Shown piece by piece: positions 1 to 11,383 of a stretch of DNA of 64,000 nt. The stretch spans positions 1,299,868 to 1,363,867 of the forward strand of contig ML992507.1 in assembly GCA_010093995.1 (NCBI GenBank). The letters are read 5' to 3'. The stretch's first letter is position 1, and every line of letters starts with the position of its first letter. Origin of the DNA: Elsinoe ampelina. Its lineage: Eukaryota. The position numbers and the translations under genes were made by a program. The notes under the pieces are model-generated. The model had not been told where the DNA came from and searched no databases. It saw only the letters and a program-made list of their open reading frames with translations.

Positions 1-289
1 CTATTAGGTCGTCGTTGTTATTAGAGATAGTTCCTCTAAACTTAACTCTAGTTATATCTACCTTAGAGTTAGATTCTACATCTAAGGCTAACGCCCTACT
101 ATAGCTCTCCTCTAGTACTACCTCTTTATAACGAGGCGGCCTACGCTAGTTATTTACTAAGTAGAGGTAGGTAAAACTAGCTATAGGCTTATCCTCGGGT
201 TCTATAGAGAATAGAGTGTAGTTATTAGGCGAAGGGTCCCTAGAGATAGAGGCGCCGGTATAGATCGAGTTACTAGTGTACTTCTACTT

Positions 290-1054
290 ACAACAATTGT
301 TGTTAAATATGTTAGCCTAGGTACCGTCCTTGTTTAAGGACTTCGGATCGTTAAAATCGTATATGGCCTCCCTAGAGCTTATAAAACTCTTAATTTTGTC
401 GTAAATGTATTTAGTGACTAAGTTAACCTAGGGCCTAGCGCGGTCTACGATCTATTATAGGAGCTTAACGTGTAGCTTATCGACGGACCTATAGTTAATA
501 ATAGTAGGGATATAGATCTTCTTTAGGTCGATATAGCCTTTATATAGCTCGAAAAGGTCTAATTAATTATTGTAGAAGAGTAGGCGCTAGTTAGACTTAA
601 TTATGTCTCTCCTATTAACTTATAAGATATTATAGTTCTAGACCTATATTCCGCCTAGTACATAGACGCCACGGAGGACTAAAACCCTCTAAGTATTGTC
701 CCTCGGGGAGATATAGAAGTAGAGTAGGTCTATGTTTTTATATAACAATCTAAGTACTCTATTCTTAAAGATGTCTAGGTAGACCTTACTATACTAAGTT
801 CTCGAGATTATCTTCTTATATATAAGCTTAATAATTTAGCCAAGGATAAAGTCGCTTATGTTATAGACGCTAGTAGAAGGCATAGCGTTAGGCGTAACTA
901 AGCTTTAGAAGGCGTTATAAACATATTTAACATAGATAATTTAGGTACTACTATTAACGCGAACTATTTCCTCGTACTCTTCTACTAGAGCTAGACTAAT
1001 GTCCGGAGTTTACCTACGTGTAACGGCTATGCTAGTTGCTATAGCTTCGACTAT
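290..1054 (-). pseudogene. Second RIP-degraded ORF of unknown function (probably continues toward position 1)
   Basis: Frame ...TPDISLALVEEYEEIVRVN...DLFELYKGYIDLKKIYIP...EAIYDFNDPKSLNKDG carries only TAA/TAG interruptions. The frame is uncertain below ~290. Confidence 0.55.
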
Positions 1055-1309
1055 AGTAGTTGCAAAAAGAGTTAGAAAGTTAAATTCGTAGGGCTAGTAA
1101 TCGAGCTTAGTTCTTAGGTGTTAGTTAATATTTTTAGTAGATAGGGTAAGTTAGACTATAATTGCCTAGGCAATTCTAGTGTTAATATTAATTCCGTATA
1201 GCTATATATATAGCTACGAATTATGTTAAGTTAATATAGTAGAGTCTTTATTATTACGTCGCGTAATACAAGAGATCTCTATAGTTATTATAGCAATATT
1301 AAACTATAC

Positions 1310-3322
1310 TACCCCCCTCTATAGAGTAGAGCCTAGCTATATAAGTATTATATCTAATCTTATAGAGCTATTCTTAAAGTTGTCTATTTTACAAGGGACG
1401 TACTCTATAGCTAGGAAGGAGTTATAGACAGTGTCGGCGTTATATAGTGTGTCTTTATAAAGTCTAGCTTCTAGTACTACCTTAAACACTATATGTTTAT
1501 TATGTCTACTAATGTTGTTATTCTTAACCTATTCTATCTATCCCTTAATTGTCCTTTCCTCTAAGATATAGCCTTCTAGAGCTAAGAAGACTAAGTAGGT
1601 TTAATAGCCTAACTACTTATTACTAGAGTCGATTCTAAGCTCGGCTAATAGGTCTACTACGCATCGGGATGTTCCTTCTAAGGAGCGTATATTCTTGCGA
1701 GTAACTATAAGCTTCTTCTCTCTTAACTCGTCTATAAGTTCCTCTATCGATACTATTGTCCTAATGTTATTAATGTGCCTCTACTTGCCTAGTCTAATAA
1801 CTCTTGCTACGTTTAGTATGCTTACGTTCTAATCCTCTATTACTATCCTTCTTAGGGCTCTCTCCTTGCCTTCCGCTTACTCCTAGTCGCGTATCTAGTT
1901 AGTAATAAGCTCCGCTGCCGCGTGCCTTTACTAATCGAGAAATTCCGTAGCCTCTTTTAAGGTTAGGAATATTAGGCTAAACTTAATAGTGAGCTAGTAC
2001 ATAAACGTTAATCGTTTAGCATCGAAAGGGATAAGTGTGTCGAAAATAACTAAAGCGGGGATCTTAGGCAATTTAATGTTCTATTCGTCTAAGGCTACCT
2101 AACTAAATAAGGCCTTTATAGTGCTAGTTAACTCTAGCACCTTAAAGACCGTAAGGTACTATATTAGTTCTATTTTAGAGATTAGTATCGAGTTAAGGAA
2201 AAACAAGATATAGGCTAGTAGCTATATAATTAGATATGTTATAGACTTAATAGGCCATTACACCGCAATAGTCTCTAAGGTAGGGAAAGGCGCTTCTAGC
2301 TTTACGTACTATGTTAGAAACTTTAGTAGTTAAATATTAGTCTCTAGGGCGTAGTAGAGAGACCTAAAGTAAGTACGTAGGTCTATCTTAAAGAGGTGTC
2401 GGTCTACTACGTCTATAAAGTGTAGGTCGAAGAACTTAATATAGAGTGTAACGTCCCTGCCTTTATTAGTAACTATATAGTCTACTTTGCCGTAATAGAG
2501 GTAGTAGCCGACTTTATAGTCTAAGTAGCTACTAGTGTAGAATAGTAAAGACACGTCCGTTAGCCCTTCGTAGATCTCTACTAGCTAGGTTATATAATCT
2601 ACTAGCTCCTTTATATAGCTCTCTTTTAGATTAGTTACACGTAAGACTCTCTATAGCTCTATAAAAGCCTTTTACCTTTCGAAAATTGTCTATTAGTCCT
2701 CTGTCGTAGGCCCTGCTTTACTTGTCTTATCTCTAAGGTACTTCCCGATGTCTACTATACCTTTAGGGTTATCTATCCTACTTGCCTCTATTACTACTAT
2801 TACATTAGAAACACCCTAGGCCTCTATAGCTACGATCTAGTCTGCTGTTAATACCTTGCCTTTTACGCGGCATTCGAGTAATGCTAAATAGATTAGCGAA
2901 GTAGATATAGTAGGTAGGTCTAGTAGGCGAAGGAATTTCTAAGCTTTCTTCTAGGTTAGACCTACGTCTCCTAGTACTATAGTAGCTATAGTAGTGTTTT
3001 TAATTCTATCGTTTAGGACGTAGTATATAAAACCCTTAGGGGATTAGATTAATAATAGTGCTTCTTCCGCAGTTAGGGCATATATAACTACGGCATAGAG
3101 GGTAGAGTAATATAGTATATCGTTTTCTATAAGAGCGTTGTATTTGTCTTTAGAGAGTTAGAGAATGTTATACGCGCTCTTCTTAAGCTTCTTATATTTA
3201 TAGCTAGTTAAGGAAAGGTAGTCTCTTAATCGCTTATTCTTAGAGAGGGTAGATAGCTTAGAAGGTGCCTTCTTTTCCTTAGTATAGCCTAGGGAATCTA
3301 GCGAGTAGATATCTGTTGCTAT
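1310..3322 (-). pseudogene. RIP-degraded ~670-codon ORF of unknown function downstream of Gypsy pol
   Basis: One frame traceable from ATA (RIP'd ATG) GCA ACA GAT at 3,322 (ATDIYSLDSLGYTKEKKAP...), through the 2330..2554 ORF, to ~1,310. Interrupted only by TAA/TAG. No family recognised. Confidence 0.65.
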
Positions 3323-3599
3323 AGTTAATAGAGAGCTTAGAGAAGGTAATAATTAGGTAGCGCGTACTATATAAAAAGGCGTAAGTATAGCTAGTAGTGT
3401 TAATGTTAGTATATTTACTATGTTTTAGCTTTAAGGTTAGAGGAGTAGCGCGCTAAGACTACACGTAAAGCTAGCATCTAGGGTCTCTACTATAGTATTT
3501 ACTATAGTATAAAAATTTTACCGATTAAAGAGAAATTTAGTAAGGAGATATAATAATATAGTTATAGCAACAAAGAAAAGTAATTATTAGGTCTGTCTT

Positions 3600-6500
3600 A
3601 TTCCTCTTCTTCCTTTTAGTCCGCCTTTAATTCTTAATCTTTGTCTAGAATAACAAGTGTTATATTTCTCTATTAAATCCTTTATATCCTTTAAATCCTC
3701 CTTGTTATACTAAGCGTCGTGTTACGCGCTATAACTCTTCTATCGCACTAGATATTGCGTAATAGCCTTACCTTTCTTCTATAGTATCCTCTTGTTAATA
3801 AGTATATCGATTTTATACGTGTCTCTCTTATCTATAGCATCGTCTATAGTTTATACCGGTCCTAGTTCTACTACTGTCCTACTAAAGGGGTCCTTATCCT
3901 ATAGTACTCTCTCTAACTAGACTACCGACACTATAGGGTAGATATTCTTTAGCTAAACTAAGTCTCCGATGTCTACTAATTTGTAAGCTAACTCTCTAAT
4001 ACGTTTCTCTACCTTAAATAGTCTAGCTTGTCGAGGTCTAAGCTTCCCTAGTAGTACTATTAACTAGTATCTATGTCTAAGACGAAGGAAAACCTTGTCG
4101 CCCGGCTTAAAGGTAATTTGCTTATACTTAGCATCGTATTATACTTTTATCTAACGTTAGGTAAAGCGTAGTAAGTCTTTAGTAGCTTCTCTTACTTTAG
4201 CTCGAAGCTATACCTAATCTTCCTAGTTAAGCTCTAATATAAGCTAGACTAAGTTAGTATAGAGCTAGAATCCGTAAAGGTACTTATTAGGTAACACTTT
4301 AGTTAAGGAGTTATAGGCGTTATTATAGAATACTATAACGTAGAGAATAATCTCCTCCTAGTCGCCGTCGGGGTTCTCGGCTATAAACATTCGAAAGGTA
4401 AGTTCTATAGTCTAATTAGTTCGTTCTAACTGCCTGTCTGTTTATAGATAGTAGGCTATAGATGTTAGTATTCGTGTGTGTAGTTTCTTAAACACTGTAG
4501 TCTAGAATTCCGATAGGAACTTAGGATCCCTATCCGATATAAACCTTACTAGTATGTCCTATCTAGTATAGAAGATTATATCTAACTATGTATATACCTA
4601 GTCGCCCGTAGTCTAGTCCTTTCTGCCTAGTACTAGAAGTACACGTTTAGAGGCCTTATTAGTTGTAGATATAACTAAATCCTTATTCGACTTTGTTATA
4701 GGTAGATCCGTTATAAAGTCCGCTACTATAGTATAGAACGGGACATTCGGGGTAACTACTAGACGAAGCTTACTATAGAGCTTATAGCATATAGTCTAAT
4801 TAAGGCAGCAGATCTTATAATATTTAATGTACTTTTTTAGTTTCTTAGTTAGTCCGCGGATGTAGATACCGGTCCTAAGTCGTTCTATAGTTTAGTAGAA
4901 ACCCGAATAGAACTCGTTATTATAGGCTATTTTAAACACTTTCTAGACTATAGCTTAAGGAATGTAGAGGTAGTCGAAACAGTTGCTATTATTATAGAAG
5001 TAGAGGAGACTATCCTTAAGAAAGAAAGGTAAGTTAAGAGGTATATTATCTTTTATATCTTTACTATTTATAACCTTAATTCTAATTTCCTTTACTTTTT
5101 TAGCTTTCTCTAGTATAGGTCTATACTTCTCGTTATTATCTAGTGCCTTACGGAGCTCGTCCTTAAAGGGATCCTTTATTTAGACTATAGTATAGTTGTA
5201 CGAAAATAGGTCGAGAGTGTTAGGCTTGTTTTTGTCTACTCTAGAGTAATCTCCTATTAAGCGACTTAGAGCGTCGAGTACCTTATATATATATCTAGGG
5301 CAATAGCAAACGTCGAGATTAAATTAGGAAAGGTATTATAAAGCTCTAACTAGTCGTAAGTTAAGTTTGTTAACGCTAGTTATAGTTGTTAGGCTTAACT
5401 ACTTTAATAGTGTAACTATAGTATAATAGTTAGTAAAAACAATAAGTAGTATAGTACTTACTTTAGCTATATAGCAGATTCGACATAAGAGCTAGACTAC
5501 GCCTATAACCTCTAGCTTAGTAGGCTAGTAGTTCTTCTTAGCCGTATTTAGCCCTTTACTAAGGAAAGTAATTACCTTAAGATTAGAGTTAGAGAAGCAA
5601 GTAGCCTTACTATCTTCTATAACTAGATCGGGGTTACTCTTAACTATGTAGACTATAGCACTATAGCTCTACTAGCGGCTACTATCGACGTCGGCGTAGA
5701 GTTAGTAGTTAGGGTCGTAGTAGTAAAGGAAACTAGAGTCCTTAAATTGCTCGCGAAGAGTATTATAGGTAGTAAGAGCATCGGTACGAACTTTGTCTAT
5801 AAGTGCGGCTATAATTAGGGTTTTATAGCTATAGGCTTTACGTGCCTCTCCTTTATTACTAGGTAAGGCCTTAAGTAAGGCGGTTTTTAAAGCCTATAGT
5901 AGTTCTACAATCTAGGCGTAGTATAGAATTATCGTGCGTATATATCCGGTGAGTCCTAGATAGTACTCTAGATCCTTTAGAGTCTCTAGAAAGGCGACAT
6001 CTAGAAGTGCTTAGACGCGGTCCTTATAGATAGCTAAGCCTAAGCCGGAGACCTTATAACCTAGAATAGTTATAGAGGAATAGCCTAGGAAGGTTTTACT
6101 AGGGCTAAGGCTAACGTCTATATCGTCTAGTAGCTTAAATAACTACTCTAGGTAGTTTAGATAGTTATCTAGAGTAGTAAAGCGCGCGAAGATATCGTTA
6201 ATATAGGCTTATATAAACTCGCGGAGGCTGCGAAGAATAGTATCTAAGCGCCTTTAGACGTATTATACGCTATTATAGTAGCCTATAGAGGCAATATTAA
6301 GGTGTTCTTATCCTCGAGAGATATTAACGATAAGCTTATAATAGTCTTCTTCCGCGACTAGCTATTAGTAGAAGAAAGAGATAGCGTCTATAATACTAAT
6401 ATATAAAGCTCTACTTAACTAGGAGATAATATTAGACTAGAGCGGTACGGGGTATAAGTCCTTCTCTAATATCTTATTAAGGCCGCGGATGTCTATTACT

Positions 6501-9500
6501 ATACGGCCCTTATAGATAGGCTCTCTATTATTACCCGTAACGTTTTTCTATACTATAAAGACTAGAAAGCTAAATAGAGTATACTATATAGACTAACTAG
6601 CCTTACCCTCTCTATAAAGCTTGTCTATAGTATTGTTAATAATCTTCTAGGCTGGTTTTAAGGCTAGATATGCTTTAGTTAGTAGTGTCTCCTTCTCCTA
6701 TCTTAGCTTTAGAGGTATCTTTATATATAGCTCTTTCGGTACCTTAACTACTATACCTTTATCGACCTAGAGGCGTTTATACTTTATTACTAAGGCCGAA
6801 AGCTCCTTTAAGGCTCGTCCTTCGCTATAAATAGTTACTCCGTTTAATAGTCGAGACTCTAGACCCTCGTAACGGCTAGTATTAATAGGTGTAAATTGTT
6901 CTATAAAACTAAAATCTGTCTTAGAGATTTAATATATACCGTTAAAGTCTATAGAGCTAAGGGTGCCGACTTAAGTGTCCTTAGAGACTACTATAGTAAA
7001 GTCGGTGTTATTACGTATATAGATTGCCTTAAAATCTTAGTCCGTTAGCGTAGTATAGACTAACGCTTTTACTATTAGAGCTATAGGACTAAATTCTACT
7101 CCCTATCTATAGGGAGTAAAAAGGTACATGTTATTAGAAAGAGCGTAGTTAATGTAGATACCGACTATAGCTCCGGTGTAGAGAGGTAGAGCGTATGTCG
7201 TAGTAGCCCGAACTAATATACTTCTTGTAATTTTCTCTCTATTATAGCGTTTAATAGAGATAGGAACATAGTAGTCGAGATAGGCTTTAAAGCGTACACT
7301 CTTGTTATTAAAGTCGATAACTGCGCTATAGTCGCCTATAATATTAGTTGCTAGTAGTATACTAGGTTCGAGCTTATTAGTAATATATAGCTTAACGTCG
7401 AATAGTAACTAGACATCCTCTCTGTTTTAGTAAGCTAGTGCGTATACTATAGTCTTAGTGTACTTAAAGGTCACTACTGTTCCGCTAATGCTATTAATAT
7501 AGATTAGTTGTTTTAAGCTATAGCGTTAGAGTTTATACTTGTCTACTAAGGCACTATCGATTTAGGAGATGCCTACGCCTATGTCGAACACTCTAAGCTA
7601 AGGCACATCTAATATAGAGAGGGTTATTACTATTTCTATAAAGCGCTACTTACGGTAGTTATATCCTTAGGTGTCGGCTTTCTTAAGAGTATAGAGCAAC
7701 ACGGGGATATTCTAAGGTATAGCTACGAAGGACTCGGTTATTACTATAGCTAGTGCCTCTAAAGCTAGCTTGTCTAGGACTAGCTCTAGGTGCTTATACC
7801 TAATGTAGGCGTAAAGCTCGTTACCGGATCTAGCTACGAAGGTACAAGTCTTATAGGGGTATAGTAGCTTAGAGAGCGTTAGCGAGGTCTTAATAGTTTC
7901 GGGTATTACGTTATAGTTAACCTTTGTCGCTACTCTAACACCGAGTAGCTCCTCTAAGCTTAGTGCCTCGAGCCTTAGTAGCTCTCGGTTAAGAGTACTA
8001 ATTCCTGCTACTATAAAGAAACTACTAACTCTATCTAGCTCCTAAGGCTTAGGTGCTATATTCTTATAGTCGGTCTTAGCTATAGTCTCTAGTAGTGCCT
8101 CTCTATTGTACCTAGCTCTTTTATCCTAGTTACACTAGTTATTATTAGGTTAGTATAAACTATAGTCGTTACTATAGTAACTCTAGTAAGCGTTTAGGTC
8201 GTTATATAGATAAGGATTAAAGTAGAGGTCGAAAGGTTCTTCTAGTAGGGCGTAGAATTTAGAACTACTATAGTACGCGCTAACTCTCGGTAGGTAGTTC
8301 TAGTAGCTAGCGCTCGGCGGGAAATATAGACGAGAGCTATAGAGGATACATCTCTAACTATACTAGCGATTATTATAGTTAGGGCTATTATAGTTCTAGT
8401 TACTAAATAGCCTATTATTAGGATAGCGATTGTTCTAGTTCTAATTCTAGCCTTAGTTCGGGTTAGAGGTGTTTTACTAGCTAGTCTTTACTCTGCCTTA
8501 TAGTAGTGCTAGGCTTAAGACATTTCCGCGGTTAGCGTTATTAGAGTTCGGCATAAATAGTTACTATACTGTCTCTATAGTTCTCTAGTATATCGAGCTA
8601 GTTACATTTATGTTTAGTGTAAAGCCGTAGGGAAGGTAGAGGTATAGGTAAGAAGGGTAGTACGCTATTAGAGTAGGTATAGCTAGAAAGTAGTTCTACT
8701 ATAAGTTAGCTCTAGGCAGAGGTCCTCTAGTAGTAGGCCTTCTTTACTCCTATAGCCTACGATTGTTCGTAGTGCTAGATTGCTCTAAAGATCGCTATCT
8801 ACCTTTAGTGTTTATAGTGTAGCTTAGCTTACTAAAGTTATAACGGAGAGTATTAACCTTAGCCTCTATATACTTAATGAACTAGTTAATAGTAGTCGTG
8901 TCGTTAGGCTTATCGATATAGAGCTAGAAGCTATCCTTAAGACGGAACTAGGCTTACATTAGCTAGCTATAGGTGTCTTTAATACCTGCGTCTCGATAGT
9001 AGTAGACGATAGTAAGAACGTAGTTTTATAGAGTACAATTCTCCGCTAGACTATACTTGTCAAATTTTTCGTTGTTTAATAATCTCTAAGCCTCGGAGTT
9101 ACTAGTCTTAAATTGCTTAATTATAGCATTCGCTAACCTCTTAATACTATAACCTCTACGGAGATATTTATAGTTACTATTAGTAAGCTCTTCTATCTAC
9201 TACGAACTAGCGTCTCCCTTAAAGTAGAGATTTAGATTATAGCGGACGTCCTAGGATAAATAGGTGTAAGTAAAGTCCTTTACAGAATTAAGAAACAAGT
9301 GTATATTCTTAATAGCCTAAAATTAACCTACCGCTATAGTTTTCTAGTTCTTAGCGGCGTTTATATTAGGCTAAAAGTAACCGATAGTAGCTAGGCTAGC
9401 GTAGTATTTTTGCTTCTTCTATCTATACTCTATCTTATTATTGTTAGTGTAGGAGTCTAATACTAAATTTGTATCTTTGTATCTTAAAGGGCACTTATGC

Positions 9501-11383
9501 CTACGTCGATGCCTATATCGACAGCTATAGTATTTATCTTTATAGTAGCGGGAGCTATCTAATCCGGCTAAGCTAAAAGGGCTAGAGCTATTATCGCTAG
9601 ATAAGGGTAAGAGTCGGCATATCTAGTATTACCTCGAGCGTCCTATGTCCTCTTAAGCCTAATTGTAGCGTTAGGACTTCTAAGGTAGTTACGGAACTTG
9701 TTACTTAGTCTAGCGCTTATAGCCGGTTATAGGGCGATTTAGTTGTTCCTAGGCTCTCTAGTCCTAGGCTCTATAGTCCTAGGTACTAAGGTTTACCTAT
9801 ACGAGTCGGCGCTTACAATTGTAATTAATAAACTTATTATATTTATCCTTACGAATTTTACTCTCTATAGTTCTTAAATAGTTTAGGAGTTAGTTCTACT
9901 ATGCCTATAACATAGTTACTAGTAGCAGTTCGAGGTGCTTAGGAGATATAACTATTCGGCCGGCGTTATCGGAATAGACGTAGTAGTACCCCTAATAACT
10001 AGGTCTTATATTGCTTAAAGAAGGCTAGTTATAGCCTTATTCTCGATTAAGAGCGTTATCTTCGTTGTTTAGGCTAGCTAAGAGATAGTCGACGTAGATT
10101 GTGTTACTTATATTAGCGAACTTAATAAGCTTTCTGTTTATTATAGAGAGGTCGGGGCCTTTATAATAGCCTTTAAAGGAGCAATAGTGGACCTTTTAAT
10201 AGAAGAAGGTTTCGGGTAATCCCGAAGGATAAAAAATCTACATATCTATAGAAGAAGCTTATAATAACTTAGAACTCTATTCTCTACTAAGATTTGTAGG
10301 CACTAAAGTAGGCAACGGTACTTCTTCTAGTTCTAGTAAGCTAGAGGTTAAGGGGGGAAAGGTCGACGAGATCGATTAAATCCTTGCCTACTATAAGAAT
10401 GTTAGGAGGCTACCTACGCTTAGTAGTGTACCTAGCGAGGCTCTAGTCGGTAGTAACTTCGCTAGTGTCGAAGCTCTAGTTAGTTAAGCTCTAACTAGTA
10501 GTAAATTCGCTAGCGATGTAGCTCTAGTCGGTAGTAACTTTACTTACACCTAATCGCTAGGCTCGGCGTAAGTATCTAATAATCGTAGAGTAGTACTTAA
10601 CTACTAATCTACCTACTCTTACTAACCTAGAATATTATCTGCCCTTATTGCCTCTTCTAACCTTAATAGGGTTTATTTAATAGCTACGTATAGAGCCTTA
10701 GTAAACTTACGAATTACTACCGAGAGAGAGTTCGTAGTTAAAAGCTAGTTCTTAGAATAGCCGTCTAGTAGCTAGTTATATAGCGCCGGCTTCTTGCCCT
10801 TAGCCTTTAATAAAGGCTAGGTCGTAGAACTTGCCGCTATTCGATTAACAACTTATATAATAGCTAGATTCTTCTTAGTAAGGTACTACTCTAATACCTT
10901 AGAAGCGTATACACTAAGGTAGAATGCTATCTCGATAATATATAGGTTAAATTCGGCTCCTACGTCTAGAGCTACCTAGACGCGTTCCGGAGTAACGAGA
11001 TACTATAAAATTGTACTTGTCGTTCCCGCTATTAATACTAGTTTACTAGCGAGCCGTTCTAAAGGCTCGCGCGTATTAGTATAGCTTAGGTAGATCCTTA
11101 GTAGGCTAATGTAAGTTAAGCCTAGCCTTAGTCTACACTATAGTAAGTAATTATAAGGTTATAACTAGTCGCTTAACGAGTGCTCTAGGTTACAGTGTAA
11201 TAGAGTTATTAAGTCTTAATGCTTAGCTTAGCTATATTGTAAGCAATTGTTAACTATAGCTAGTATGCCGCCTCGGTGTTAGCTTACATAAGGAAATCGT
11301 AGAGTATTACTACCTAGAGGTATTAGAATTAAGGAATCTAAACGATACTACTACTTGTTAAGCACTTAGCTTAGAAGCTTATA
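3600..11383 (-). mobile_element. Ty3/Gypsy chromoviral LTR retrotransposon, RIP-inactivated (gag-pol)
   Basis: Minus-strand translations (*=RIP stop): gag FKGDASS**IEEL (~9.2 kb); protease FDIGVGIS*ID (~7,580); RT KGRIVIDIRGLNK..DLYPVP (~6,490), ISIIDAISFFY**, EFI*AYINDIF (YIDD, ~6,200); RNase H LYADVDSS and FLSKGLNTAKKNY*PTKLE (~5,530); integrase ISDRDPKFLSEF* (~4,530) and TDRQLERTN*T; chromodomain QYLVR*KSYSA*HDA*Y (~3,740). The PR-RT-RH-INT-CHD order is Gypsy. Confidence 0.93.
11196..11383 (-). repeat. Candidate 5' LTR of the minus-strand Gypsy element
   Basis: Lies just upstream of the RIP'd gag start (~11,032). Bounded on + by TGTAA... and ...GCTTATA (RIP form of TTACA). No partner LTR seen in the window, so boundaries are unconfirmed. 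Confidence 0.35.
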
